A stretch of DNA of 64,000 nucleotides from Candidatus Falkowbacteria bacterium RIFCSPLOWO2_12_FULL_45_13. Lineage in GTDB: Bacteria; Patescibacteriota; Patescibacteriia; Patescibacteriales; GWC2-42-12. The translations under genes were made by a program, and so were the position numbers. The stretch spans positions 515-64,514 of the forward strand of contig MFFY01000061.1 in the NCBI GenBank assembly GCA_001778055.1, written 5' to 3'. Below are positions 10,074-20,194 of this stretch, piece after piece (positions within the stretch are counted from its first letter, which is position 1; each line of letters begins with the position of its first letter). The notes under the pieces are model-generated. The model had not been told where the DNA came from. It saw only the letters and a list, made by a program, of their open reading frames with translations, and did not search any database.

Positions 10074-11714
10074 TTATTTTATTAGATTCTTGCCCGTCAT
10101 TTCTTTGGGTTTTTTAATATTTAACAACTCCAGTATGGTCGGCGCGATATCGCCTAAAACTCCGCCATTTCTTAATTTGACTTTATGGCCAAGGTTTTTG
10201 TTGATTAATACAAAGGGTACCAGATTAGTTGAATGCTCGGTATTGATTTCACCGGTTTTTAAATTAATCATCTCCTCGATATTGCCATGATCAGCCGTCG
10301 CTAAAACTGTGCCGCCGACGTTCAAATAAGCCTTAACAATTTCGCCCAGACACTTATCAACCCCATGGCAGCATTTTATCGCGGCGTCCAGATTGCCCGT
10401 GTGGCCGACCATGTCGGGCGCGGCAAAATTCAAAACCGTAAAGTCATATTTCCAGTCTAAACCCTTTTTCTGGCCAATATAACCCCCCTGCTCCCCTTTC
10501 AAAAGGGGGTGAGGGGGGGTTAAATTGTTGACCACTGCCTCGGTCAACTCCGCCGAACTCATCGTCGGCGTCTGATCATACGATCTGACGTTGGGCGAAG
10601 GCACAAGGCGCCGCCCTTCCCTCGCGATCGGATCGGCATAGCCGCCGTTAAAAAAATAAGTCACATGAGCGTATTTTTCCGATTCGGCGATATATAATTG
10701 CGACAAACCTTTTAGCGCCTGCGGCAAAGTCTGTTTTAAATCGACGCTGGGATAAGCGGTTAAAATACCGTCTAAGTCCGGTCCAAAATCAGTCATGGCC
10801 ACGAACAACAAATTTTTTAATACTTTTTTTCTTAAAAAAGAACCGGGATTTAATCTATCAAAATCTTTTTGCACGAAAACCTTGGCGAATTGCCTGGCCC
10901 GATCCGATCTTAAATTAAAAAAGATAACGCCGTCGCCGTTGCCGATCCGGGGTAAGGGCCGGCCATTTCTGGTGATCACATAGGGCTCAATAAATTCGTC
11001 GCTTTCGCCGCGGTTATAACTTTCCATGATCGCGGCTTCCGGGCTGGCGGCTTTCCGGCCCAAGCCGCTCGTTAAAGCATCATAAGCTTTTTCGGTTCTC
11101 GACCAGGTTTTTTTTCTGTCCATGGCGTAATATCGGCCGACGACGGAAGCGATGGCTTCGCCGTTTTTAAAAACTTTTTGGATATCTTCGACCAATTTCA
11201 AAGAGGCATACCTAGGCGAATCCCGGCCGTCGGTGAATAAATGCAAATAAACTTCCTTGACTTTAGTTATTTTAACCAAAGACAGCAGAGCCAGCAAATG
11301 GTCCGGGTCGCTATGCGCGCTCATGCCATTGGAGATCATGCCCATTAGATGAAGCTTGGATTTATTCTTTTTGACCTGGCGGATCGCCTCGATAAAACCG
11401 GCATTTTTAAAAAAAGTCCCGTTATTAACGCTTTTAGAAATTTTAACTACGTCTTGCTCGACAATTCTGCCGGCGCCAATATTCATATGCCCGGCTTCAG
11501 AATTACCCGATTGGCTCGGCGGCAGGCCCACGGCCTTGCCGGAAGCATTGATTAAAGTATTGGGAAATTTTTTAATCAAGCCGTCCATAACCGCGGTATT
11601 GGCCAAGGTGATGGCATTACCCTGGCTCGGTTCAGCCATGCCCCAGCCGTCTAGGATGACCAGAATCATGGGTAAAACATTTTTAGCTGGCTTATTTAAC
11701 TTTTCTGGTTTCAT
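10074..11714 (-). CDS. gpmI: 2,3-BPG-independent phosphoglycerate mutase, copy B (with in-frame palindromic insert)
   Basis: LDGWG, GNSEAGH, ESEKYAHVTYFFNGG, DMVGHTG, TADHGN. Confidence 0.96.
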   Translation of the reverse strand: MKPEKLNKPAKNVLPMILVILDGWGMAEPSQGNAITLANTAVMDGLIKKFPNTLINASGKAVGLPPSQSGNSEAGHMNIGAGRIVEQDVVKISKSVNNGTFFKNAGFIEAIRQVKKNKSKLHLMGMISNGMSAHSDPDHLLALLSLVKITKVKEVYLHLFTDGRDSPRYASLKLVEDIQKVFKNGEAIASVVGRYYAMDRKKTWSRTEKAYDALTSGLGRKAASPEAAIMESYNRGESDEFIEPYVITRNGRPLPRIGNGDGVIFFNLRSDRARQFAKVFVQKDFDRLNPGSFLRKKVLKNLLFVAMTDFGPDLDGILTAYPSVDLKQTLPQALKGLSQLYIAESEKYAHVTYFFNGGYADPIAREGRRLVPSPNVRSYDQTPTMSSAELTEAVVNNLTPPHPLLKGEQGGYIGQKKGLDWKYDFTVLNFAAPDMVGHTGNLDAAIKCCHGVDKCLGEIVKAYLNVGGTVLATADHGNIEEMINLKTGEINTEHSTNLVPFVLINKNLGHKVKLRNGGVLGDIAPTILELLNIKKPKEMTGKNLIK

Positions 11715-11743
11715 ATATTAAATACACAAAATGACAGTCTTCC

Positions 11744-11913
11744 TGTCATTGCGAGCCCCGACGCTCTGGGTGGGGCGAAGCAATCTCACGTATGACTATA
11801 CCTCACTAAATCTCGTAATAATTTTATTATGATTATTCTTTACCGTTCGAGATTGCCCGCCCGACTGAACGTCGTTCGGGCGGGCTTCGTCGCTGGCGCT
11901 CCTCGCAATGACA
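11744..11913. repeat. TGTCATTGCGA element, copy 2, with a nested 29-bp palindrome
   Basis: Same ends and similar spacer as 2586-2740; extra sequence at 11856-11884. Confidence 0.9.
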
Positions 11914-11934
11914 GAAACTTTACATTTTTAACTG

Positions 11935-13251
11935 TCATTTTAATTTTTGATTTTTGCATTTTAAATTTTCTTCAATCTCCATCAGCCTGTTATATTTCGC
12001 CAGCCTTTCTCCCCGCGACAGCGACCCGGCCTTAATGTAATCAGCCCCGACCGCCACGGCTAAATCAGCGATAAAGTCATCCGTAGTTTCGCCCGAGCGA
12101 TGCGAAACAATAATTTTATAATTATGCTTCTTGGCCAGTTTTACGCAGTCAACCGTTTCCGACAGGGTCCCGACCTGATTGGGTTTTATTAAAATAGCGT
12201 TAGCGGCGTTTTCTTTCAAGCCTCGCCTCAAGCGCTCCGGATTGGTGACGAACAAATCATCGCCGACCAGCATTACGTCCCGGCCAAGCTCTTTATTTAA
12301 TTTTTGCCAGCCGGCCCAATCGTCTTCAGCTAAACCGTCTTCAAGGTAAATTATCGGATACTTCCTAAACCATTCGTAATATAAGCCGGCTAAAGTAGCC
12401 GCGGTGTAACTGGCGCGATCCAGCTTAAAAACATACCTGCCGTTTCTCTGATTATAAAGTTGAGATGAGCCTACATCAATGCCTAAGGCTAAATCTGCCC
12501 CGGGTTTATAACCAGCTTTAATTGCGGCCGCCATAATTAATTCAATCGCCTGGATGCTGGAACTGATATCCGGCGCGTAGCCGCCTTCATTGCCCACATC
12601 CGTGTCATAGCCAGCTCTTTTTAAAACATCCCCTAAAGCATGAAAAATCTCCGCGCCCATTCTAACTTGTTCGGCAAAACTTCTTCTCCCCCCCCTGACA
12701 AGGAGGGCTGGGGGTGTTAAATAAGCCAGGGGAATTATCATAAATTCCTGAAAATCCAGGTTGGTATCGGCGTGCTTGCCGCCGTTAAAAATATTAAAAC
12801 ATGGAACAGGTAATTGGAAATTGGAAATTGGAAATTGGAAATTATTAGAGATATATTCATATAACTCCAGACCAGAAGCCAAGGCGCCGGCGCGGGCGCA
12901 AGCGAGCGACACGGGCAGGATCGCATTAGCGCCTAATTTACTTTTATTTTTTGTACCATCTAATTTTATCATGATATCATCAATCTCCGCCTGCTTGGTT
13001 ACTCCAGCTCCGATTAGCTTAGGCGCGATTTTGCTTTCAATATTTTTAATGGCATGCAAAACCCCCAAACCGCCGTATCTTTTAGCATCATTGTCCCGCA
13101 GTTCCACGGCTTCATGCGCGCCCGTAGACGCGCCCGCAGGCGCGCTGGCTTTTGCTTTAACGCCATTATCCAATAAAACCGTGGCTTCCACAGTGGGATT
13201 GCCGCGCGAATCTAAAATCTCACGAGTCGTTATTTTTTTTATTTTAGGCAT
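11935..13251 (-). CDS. eno: Enolase
   Basis: REILDSRGNPTVE, GASTG, VGDDLF, SHRSGET, ERLAKYNRL. Confidence 0.98.
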   Translation of the reverse strand: MPKIKKITTREILDSRGNPTVEATVLLDNGVKAKASAPAGASTGAHEAVELRDNDAKRYGGLGVLHAIKNIESKIAPKLIGAGVTKQAEIDDIMIKLDGTKNKSKLGANAILPVSLACARAGALASGLELYEYISNNFQFPISNFQLPVPCFNIFNGGKHADTNLDFQEFMIIPLAYLTPPALLVRGGRRSFAEQVRMGAEIFHALGDVLKRAGYDTDVGNEGGYAPDISSSIQAIELIMAAAIKAGYKPGADLALGIDVGSSQLYNQRNGRYVFKLDRASYTAATLAGLYYEWFRKYPIIYLEDGLAEDDWAGWQKLNKELGRDVMLVGDDLFVTNPERLRRGLKENAANAILIKPNQVGTLSETVDCVKLAKKHNYKIIVSHRSGETTDDFIADLAVAVGADYIKAGSLSRGERLAKYNRLMEIEENLKCKNQKLK

Positions 13252-13276
13252 AAATTACTTACTTATTATTAAATAA

Positions 13277-13783
13277 TTACCAAGTATTGCAAACTGTTGT
13301 ATTCGCGCTACACAACATCCATGCCCAGGTAGGACGAAATGGATCATAAAACGGTTGACCGGCGGAAGGATAACTTTCCGGACTAACATGTGAAAGAAGT
13401 TTGTAATTTACAGTGTCGGAATAATATAGATAACCATTGCCGTTTGAACAGGGGCTAGGATCAATTGGTAATTTGCCAATATGGGTTGGCGCCAAATTGG
13501 GAATATAACCAGTAGCCCCGCTGGTCGGGTATCCGCCATAACTTGGGCAAGCGCTCCGCCAAGCGCCGCTGCTTGATGGATAAGCGCTATTAGCATCATA
13601 ATACAAATCTAACGCTTTTCTAATCTGGGTTAAATCGGCCTTTCTCCGCGTATCTCTGGCTTTTATCCTTACGCTATTAAAAACAACCATAGAAGCGGTC
13701 GCCAAAAAACCGATAATGCTAATGACAACCAATAGTTCAATTAAAGTAAAACCAAATTGTTTATTGATTTTTTCTTTAAACAT
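13277..13783 (-). CDS. Type IV pilin / GspG-like prepilin
   Basis: Class III signal G|FTLIELLVVISIIG, ARDTRRKADL, Cys pairs. Confidence 0.9.
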   Translation of the reverse strand: MFKEKINKQFGFTLIELLVVISIIGFLATASMVVFNSVRIKARDTRRKADLTQIRKALDLYYDANSAYPSSSGAWRSACPSYGGYPTSGATGYIPNLAPTHIGKLPIDPSPCSNGNGYLYYSDTVNYKLLSHVSPESYPSAGQPFYDPFRPTWAWMLCSANTTVCNTW

Positions 13784-13788
13784 AAATT

Positions 13789-14544
13789 TTACAAAATTTC
13801 ATACTCCACCGTGGCGATTATGATTATTTCATTACTGCCGGCCTCCACCGTTGGCCCTGCGCCACCGCCCAGGCCAGCAGCGGATTTTTCAAGCGCGTAA
13901 AACGGCTGCGGCGGATTGTCGCTGGACGATTCGCTGAAAGATATGACTTTCCCCAGTTTCACGCCCACTGCCTCTGCCAAGGTTTTGGCTTTTTCCTGGG
14001 CTTGCGCCAAAGCCTTCTCGCGCGCGGCCTGCTTCAACTGCTCCGGATTGTCAATTTCAAAACTTAAATTGCCGACTTGATTTAAGCCGATTACACCGGC
14101 CGCTTCAATAATACTGGAGACTCTGTCCATTTGCCTTAATTTTACGTTTAAGTTTTGGCTGACCAAGTAACCGCGTAAAGTTTGTTTGCCATCATTCCAA
14201 TCATACTGCGGCGAGATATAATAATTAGCCGTTTGAATATCTTTGGGGTCAATTTTAAAATCTTTTTTCAGTTTATCTATCATGGCGTTCATTTTATTGC
14301 TGTTGTCTTTCTGCGCCTCGGCCACAGTTTTTTTCTCAACCGAATAGCCTAATTGTATTTTGGCCACATCCGGCAAGCCGATAATTTTGCCCTCGCCCAT
14401 GATGCTGATAGAATGCGGTGTCTTGGGGCTGATGCCGATATAATCATGCGCCTTATACGCGTTCCAGGAAAGCAGCGCCAGATAAATTGAGCCAATCGTT
14501 AAAAATACGCCGATAAAAATTGTCACGATTTTGTTGGGAATCAT
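13789..14544 (-). CDS. SIMPL (DUF541/YggE-like) domain protein
   Basis: N-terminal TM, GEGK..PDVA, AREKALAQA..KA..LA..GVKLG. Confidence 0.85.
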   Translation of the reverse strand: MIPNKIVTIFIGVFLTIGSIYLALLSWNAYKAHDYIGISPKTPHSISIMGEGKIIGLPDVAKIQLGYSVEKKTVAEAQKDNSNKMNAMIDKLKKDFKIDPKDIQTANYYISPQYDWNDGKQTLRGYLVSQNLNVKLRQMDRVSSIIEAAGVIGLNQVGNLSFEIDNPEQLKQAAREKALAQAQEKAKTLAEAVGVKLGKVISFSESSSDNPPQPFYALEKSAAGLGGGAGPTVEAGSNEIIIIATVEYEIL

Positions 14545-14592
14545 AAAATTAAATTAAAAATTAAAAAATCAAAATGAAAAATTAAGGTAAAA

Positions 14593-15747
14593 TTATTTCA
14601 CCAGACCTCTTAGCCCCGGCATCTCCTCGCCGCCCAAAAAGGCCAACATGGCGCCGCCGCCGGTCGACACCCAGTCAATATAATGACCCATCTTTGTCAT
14701 GTCAAGCGCCTCGACGGTCTCTCCGCCGCCCACGGCGCCGAAAGCCTGGCCGGTGGAGCGGGCGGCAACTAAGCGGGCCACGGATAAAGTGCCATGCTTA
14801 AAATGAATATTCTCAAAATATCCCATCGGGCCGTTCCAGACGATAGTATTGGCCTGTCGTATAAAATGCGCGAATAAATTAACGGTTTTCGGGCCGATAT
14901 CTAAAATTATATCCTTTTGCTGGACCTGATTAACCGCCCTGACCTGGACCTGATTGCTTTTAAAGTCGCCGGCCACCAGGACATCAACCGGCAGAATAAT
15001 ATTCTTATGGCGCTTGATTAGGCTGGCCGCGGCTCTTAAGCTAGCCTTATCGACGAGCGATTCGCCGATTTTAAATCCATGAGCGGCGATAAAATTGTTG
15101 GCCAGAGCGCCGCCGATCAAAACCCGATGTGATTTTTTGGCTAAGCTATTTAATAAAACGATTTTAGTTTCTATTTTGGCCCCGCCAATGATTGAAATTA
15201 GCGGCTGTTTCGGCCTTAAAACCTTTTCCAGATTTAAAATTTCTTTTTCCAGGAGCAGGCCGGCGAAGCTGGATAAATATTTTTTAATGGCGCTGACCGA
15301 AGCATGATTCCGGTGGCTCGAGGCGAAAGCGTCATTTACGTAAAGATTGGCTAAGGCCGCCAAACTTTTAGCAAGCTTATTATTATTTTTTACTTCGCCT
15401 GGCTCAAGACGTAAATTTTCCAAAAGTAAGATATCTTTAGCCGCCATTTTTTTTACCGCTTTTTCAACCTTATCGCCCACGCAACCGTTCACCAATCGCA
15501 CCTTTTTGTCCAATAATTGCGCCAACCTCTTGGCCACCGGTTTGGTTGACGCCCGGCTATCGGATAAATGGGTAGCGATAATCAAGCGGCAATTATGCCT
15601 TAACAAAAAACGAATCGTTGGCAAAATCATGACAATTTTATAATCATCCAGAACCGTCCTGTTTTTAATGGGCACATTCAAATCGGCGCGTAAAAAAACG
15701 ATTTTGCCGGCTAAATTATTGGCTCGCCTAATAGATTTAATTTTCAT
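14593..15747 (-). CDS. pgk: Phosphoglycerate kinase (start moved to MKIKS at 15747)
   Basis: RADLNVP, LLENLR, NDAF, IIGGAK, WNGPMG, VSTGGGA; the upstream extension runs through a repeat. Confidence 0.96.
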   Translation of the reverse strand: MKIKSIRRANNLAGKIVFLRADLNVPIKNRTVLDDYKIVMILPTIRFLLRHNCRLIIATHLSDSRASTKPVAKRLAQLLDKKVRLVNGCVGDKVEKAVKKMAAKDILLLENLRLEPGEVKNNNKLAKSLAALANLYVNDAFASSHRNHASVSAIKKYLSSFAGLLLEKEILNLEKVLRPKQPLISIIGGAKIETKIVLLNSLAKKSHRVLIGGALANNFIAAHGFKIGESLVDKASLRAAASLIKRHKNIILPVDVLVAGDFKSNQVQVRAVNQVQQKDIILDIGPKTVNLFAHFIRQANTIVWNGPMGYFENIHFKHGTLSVARLVAARSTGQAFGAVGGGETVEALDMTKMGHYIDWVSTGGGAMLAFLGGEEMPGLRGLVK

Positions 15748-15843
15748 AAAGCTTGTTAATATTATAACATAAATAAAAATAAAATTAAAACCCGTTGCAC
15801 CCGTCCAACGGTTAATGCCAAACAGGTTCTGATTTAATTTATT

Positions 15844-15889
15844 TAGGACTGACGCATTTGAAAAACCTCCGTCAAACGCGTAAGTCCTA
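15844..15889. mobile_element. MITE-like element TAGGACT(G/T)ACGC...GCGTAAGTCCTA, copy 1
   Basis: Terminal inverted repeats with TA ends; inverted homologue at 34310-34360. Confidence 0.75.
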
Positions 15890-15940
15890 TCGCTATTTAT
15901 CAACCCGGCTTATAGCGATTTGTGAACTAAGCGCCAAGCG

Positions 15941-17095
15941 CTACTTTATGGCCTCCAGCCGCAACCTGACTTCCCGCTCTAAGTCATTGCGTAAAACAAC
16001 CAAATCAATCACTTCTCCGGCCTCGCGATCCTGAATAACATCAGCCAAATCATTGTCTTTATTTAAGAAAACATCGTCAACGGAAATAATGACATCGCCT
16101 TCGCGCAAGCCCGCTTTATCGGCCGGACTATCCTTTCTGACCGCCGGCGCCTTGGAGCTTCTGTGAATAATCACGCCTTTCTGCCAACGGCTATTTTGGC
16201 CGTCAACTTCGGCCAGCTCGTCCAAAACGATATAGTTAATCCCCAAATAAATCCTAGCGCTGGTTTTATTTTTAAATAAACTTTTAACCGCGCCGCCAAA
16301 ATGATTGATCGGCTCAATTTCTCCCCGATCGTCAGCCAGTCCCAAGGCCTCGCCGGCCAAATTAAAGATAATTGAGCCTTGAAATTCCGGCGGCAGCTTG
16401 TCGTTTAATAAGAGCTTCTCCGAAAAACTGTCGCTCGATTTCACCAGGCCGCCGGTCCGGCTAAAACCGGCCACCGCGGAAACGAGGCTTGAGCCCAGCC
16501 AATTAACGGCCACGGCTAATTGTCCGCTTTTTACCCGTTGGTCTTCCGCGAATTTTCTGACCGGTAAATCCCGAGCCTGAACATGGATAAAATTAAACTT
16601 GGTCAGATTATCGACCACGGCTTTGTCAATCTGGTATATTTTTTTATCCTTGGTAATGACCGCGTAATCGTTATAGCTTTTATCCAGGGCTTGGCTCGTA
16701 ACAATCCAGCCATCCGAGGTTATAATAAATCCCTGACCGCTCGGTTCGTTAATTTTATAAAAATTATCTAAAATAAAAAGCTGGTTTGATTTAACGGGTT
16801 TCTGCTTTTTATAAATTCCCACTAAACTGCTCGAAACCGAATTAATGGTCTCGTCTACTTTAGCGTCCTGCTGCACAATCACGTTCTTGGGATTGCTTAT
16901 CACCAGGCCTTGGTCGCCGTATTGGCCGTTGGAAAAATCCAGATTGCCAAAAGACGAAAAACCGTACCAAGAATCAGCCAGATAAGCTTGGGCCGTTATT
17001 TCCCCGACCAAGCCGCCGCCCAGCCCAAAAATCAGAGATATTATAATCAAGACGATTAAATTGTGTTTTTTAAAAAAATCTTTGACTCTTCTCAT
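15941..17095 (-). CDS. HtrA/DegP-like protein with PDZ domain, catalytic residues degenerate
   Basis: TM anchor, GQGFIITSDGWIVT, SPADKAGLREGDVI PDZ; no GNSGG motif. Confidence 0.8.
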   Translation of the reverse strand: MRRVKDFFKKHNLIVLIIISLIFGLGGGLVGEITAQAYLADSWYGFSSFGNLDFSNGQYGDQGLVISNPKNVIVQQDAKVDETINSVSSSLVGIYKKQKPVKSNQLFILDNFYKINEPSGQGFIITSDGWIVTSQALDKSYNDYAVITKDKKIYQIDKAVVDNLTKFNFIHVQARDLPVRKFAEDQRVKSGQLAVAVNWLGSSLVSAVAGFSRTGGLVKSSDSFSEKLLLNDKLPPEFQGSIIFNLAGEALGLADDRGEIEPINHFGGAVKSLFKNKTSARIYLGINYIVLDELAEVDGQNSRWQKGVIIHRSSKAPAVRKDSPADKAGLREGDVIISVDDVFLNKDNDLADVIQDREAGEVIDLVVLRNDLEREVRLRLEAIK

Positions 17096-17163
17096 AAATT
17101 CCTTAATGCCGCCTTGGCTAAATATTTATTCGCGGCCTACGCGCATATAACGCATGGATTATG

Positions 17164-17214
17164 CTAGAGCCTGTCTCAAAAATAGCTTTTAGTCATTTTT
17201 GAGATAGACTCTAG
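17164..17214. mobile_element. 43-bp MITE-like element flanked by CTAG
   Basis: CTAG-AGCCTGTCTCAAAA...TTTTGAGATAGACT-CTAG. Confidence 0.65.
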
Positions 17215-17281
17215 TTAATGATTTTAATTTTGCATTTTATTGATTCGTAATATTTGCAGCTGATTCGTAGATTTGCGGGGC

Positions 17282-18043
17282 CTACATCCACTTCGCCGTG
17301 GACAAGACTAATAATAAGCTGATTGATCCCAAAATTAAATACATTTTTACCTTGGCCGCGTCCAATTTTAGAAGTAAATGATTTTTAACCAGGCCGATAA
17401 CCACATAATAGCAAATCGCCAAGCTCAAGCCGGAAATATTATAATTAAACGGCAAAAAGGAAATTGACCAAAATAATTCAACCAAAATCAGGCAACTGAT
17501 TAAAATATAAGGCAAACTGGGCATCAGTTCTATCTTGTTGGCCCAAATTATCTGATAAACCAGCAAACTTGTCAAGCTTATCATAATGAGCACCAGCCAA
17601 GAAATCGGCAAGTTCAAAAAGGACGCCAGGCCGTAAACCGTGGCCGCCAGCAAAAAAAAGGTCAGCCAGTTGATATATGAGGAGATATTTTCTATGCTAA
17701 AAACTTCATAGGCCAAAGGGTTAAGCAAATAATAATAAACATACCGTAAATATAAATATAAAAAAACCAAATTAAAAAAATACAGTAGTTGAATAATAAG
17801 CTTAAAACTTAAAAAAACCGAATAGCTCATCACCGCCACGGACATAACGGCCGGCAAGATTAAGTAATTCCACCAGCGCTTATCAATTTCGCTGGTTTGG
17901 CTAAATTGCCAAACCGTGAAAAAAATCAGTAAATTTACCAAAACTGCGGCTACGTAAATCAGTTTCGGAGACAAATAATACATTTCTTCAAGTAAAAAAA
18001 CCAACGCCGGAATTATTAAGGGCAATAAACGATTAAGCTTCAT
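17282..18043 (-). CDS. polytopic membrane protein
   Basis: About 8 hydrophobic segments. Confidence 0.8.
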   Translation of the reverse strand: MKLNRLLPLIIPALVFLLEEMYYLSPKLIYVAAVLVNLLIFFTVWQFSQTSEIDKRWWNYLILPAVMSVAVMSYSVFLSFKLIIQLLYFFNLVFLYLYLRYVYYYLLNPLAYEVFSIENISSYINWLTFFLLAATVYGLASFLNLPISWLVLIMISLTSLLVYQIIWANKIELMPSLPYILISCLILVELFWSISFLPFNYNISGLSLAICYYVVIGLVKNHLLLKLDAAKVKMYLILGSISLLLVLSTAKWM

Positions 18044-18046
18044 ATA

Positions 18047-18463
18047 TTAATTATTCAACCAGCTATAATCAGCTTTCAATTGATTGGCCATTTGTTGGCT
18101 GGCGTTTTTTTCTTGCTCTTTCTTGCCGATCAAATAATTTTCCATCCGATCCAAGGTTAAAACAAAATTCAAATGCATGGTCCGAAATTTTGCCTGAAAA
18201 CCCTTCATCTCCAGCAAGGCATTTCTTAATTCCTCGATTTTTTTGATCGTCAGCTTATTATCCAAAACCAATTTCTCGTAAGAGGAAAGAATTGCTTTTA
18301 CCCCGGCTTTATACTCCTCTTCAGGCATGGCGATTTTCTCTTTTTCCGCCATGCGGACAGACTGCCCAACCTCTTTTAAAGAGCCTGAAGTCAAGATCAA
18401 ATAAAAAAATAACAGCAAAAAAACAGCTAGAAAAAAAATCAAGACTCCGGTTCTTTTTGTCAT
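18047..18463 (-). CDS. membrane-anchored hypothetical protein
   Basis: N-terminal TM, helical domain, 3-bp gap to next gene. Confidence 0.75.
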   Translation of the reverse strand: MTKRTGVLIFFLAVFLLLFFYLILTSGSLKEVGQSVRMAEKEKIAMPEEEYKAGVKAILSSYEKLVLDNKLTIKKIEELRNALLEMKGFQAKFRTMHLNFVLTLDRMENYLIGKKEQEKNASQQMANQLKADYSWLNN

Positions 18464-18629
18464 ATAGAATAATTTAATAGTACTTACGCGCTCTCCAATA
18501 TTATCTAAAGTTAATAAAAATTGTTAATTTATGCCAACCAACTGTAATTACCCGCAAATCTACAAATCAGCTACGAATACTACCAATGCTATTCGTGATA
18601 TTCGTAGCTGATTTGTAGATTTGCGGGAG

Positions 18630-18971
18630 CTATATACCAAATTTTTTAGCTTCCATTTCCAGCCAATCGTTTATCGCTTCGTCCCATTTATAGGCTTTTA
18701 ATTTGTGGCTTTTTTCCTTCGGGCTGTAAACATATTCCACCACGGTCTCGGCGCCAAGACGGTTGGAATATTTGGTTTTTTTATCAATGACCGCCGGCTT
18801 GGTGATAAATTCTAATTTCATCCTGCCCAACGGGCCTTTAAAAATAATATATTCAACCTCAACGCCGCCTTGTTCTTCAAGGTATCGTTTTTCGCACTCT
18901 TCCACCTCATAATTATCTTTTATATTGCCGACGATTTGTTGCCATTTTTCTGACGTCATAAAATAAAGCAT
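18630..18971 (-). CDS. hypothetical protein (probable start MTSEKW at 18959)
   Basis: Globular composition, co-oriented with pilT. Confidence 0.75.
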   Translation of the reverse strand: MLYFMTSEKWQQIVGNIKDNYEVEECEKRYLEEQGGVEVEYIIFKGPLGRMKLEFITKPAVIDKKTKYSNRLGAETVVEYVYSPKEKSHKLKAYKWDEAINDWLEMEAKKFGI

Positions 18972-19012
18972 TAATTATGGGACCTACCCGGTTGACTGGC
19001 GGTTGGCTGAAA

Positions 19013-20056
19013 TTAATAATAGGACGCTTGAGTTTCCGGATTTCTTTTATTATTTCGCGCCACATCTTTGCTGATTAAACCGTCCGAGAATAGCTTATCG
19101 ATCGCTTTATTCATCGTCATCATGCCATCTCTTTGTCCGGTCTGAATAACTGAATAAATTTGGCCGATTTGATTGCTTCTGATTAAATTAGCTGTGGCCG
19201 AATTATTAATCATAATCTCTCTGGCTGCCACTCGCCCGCCGCCAATTTTTGGCACTAAGGCTTGAGCGATTACGGCGCGTAAAATCGAGGACAACTGGAT
19301 CAAGATTTGTTTCTGGCGATGGGATGGAAAAACGTCAACAATGCGGTTGATCGTTTCCGGGGCGGTAGAAGTATGCAAAGTGGAAATAACTAAATGGCCA
19401 GTCTCGGCCGCGGTTATGACCGCCGAGATTGTCTCGGCATCCCTCATCTCGCCGAGCATGATAACATTGGGATCTTGCCTCAAGGCATACTTTAAAGCCG
19501 AAGCAAAGCTGATGGTATCATGGCCTAACTCACGTTGTTCAATGATGCTTTGTTCTTCCGCAAATAAATATTCTACCGGATCCTCAATCGTCACGATGTG
19601 GGCGCGCCGTTCATTATTGATTATGTTAATCATGCAAGCCATGGTGGTGGATTTGCCCGAGCCGGACGGACCAGTGACAATAATCAAGCCGTCTCTTAAA
19701 TGAGTCAGCCTGTACAGCACATCATTAAATCTCAACTCTAAAGGCGTTGGTATGGTTTTAGACACCAATCTGGCGGTCAGGCCAATTTTGCCCTCCTGAT
19801 AATGCAAATTAACTCTGAAGCGGCTGCCGAAAAAATCCTGGGAAAAATCCAATTCGCGCTTGCGAGCTAATTTTTCCATGGTTTTTTTACTAATCAAGGA
19901 AGAAATAGCCCGTTCCAAATCATAACCGTTGATAACGCCTTGATTCAATTTAACCAAATCGCCGCCGATGCGTAAAGCCGGAGCGCTGCCGGCTGCTAAA
20001 TGCAAATCAGAAGCATTTTGTTTAATCGCTTGCTTAAAATAATGGCTAATATCCAT
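19013..20056 (-). CDS. pilT: Type IV pilus retraction ATPase PilT
   Basis: ASDLHL, GPSGSGKST, TIEDPVE, ALRQDPN, AAETGH, STLHT. Confidence 0.95.
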   Translation of the reverse strand: MDISHYFKQAIKQNASDLHLAAGSAPALRIGGDLVKLNQGVINGYDLERAISSLISKKTMEKLARKRELDFSQDFFGSRFRVNLHYQEGKIGLTARLVSKTIPTPLELRFNDVLYRLTHLRDGLIIVTGPSGSGKSTTMACMINIINNERRAHIVTIEDPVEYLFAEEQSIIEQRELGHDTISFASALKYALRQDPNVIMLGEMRDAETISAVITAAETGHLVISTLHTSTAPETINRIVDVFPSHRQKQILIQLSSILRAVIAQALVPKIGGGRVAAREIMINNSATANLIRSNQIGQIYSVIQTGQRDGMMTMNKAIDKLFSDGLISKDVARNNKRNPETQASYY

Positions 20057-20194
20057 ATAAGACGAATTATATTTACAACTATACTATAACACAGTTATCC
20101 ATTAAATTACAAACCGGCATTTCTTGCAACCAGAAACTCGCAACTCATAACTCAAAATGTAAAAAACCATAAACTCGGCGACCGTGGACCTGGG

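Noticed and set aside
15748-15903. N-terminal extension of Pgk in the ORF track (likewise the PSP1 extension 33153-33230 and cca extension 27278-27340)
   Set aside because: These run through repeats or promoter DNA; the conserved domains start at downstream ATGs
15895-15920. AACCCGGCTTAT resembles the RNase P RNA 3' motif
   Set aside because: No GAGGAAAGTCC partner upstream and no room for the RNA; it sits in the loop of a small hairpin
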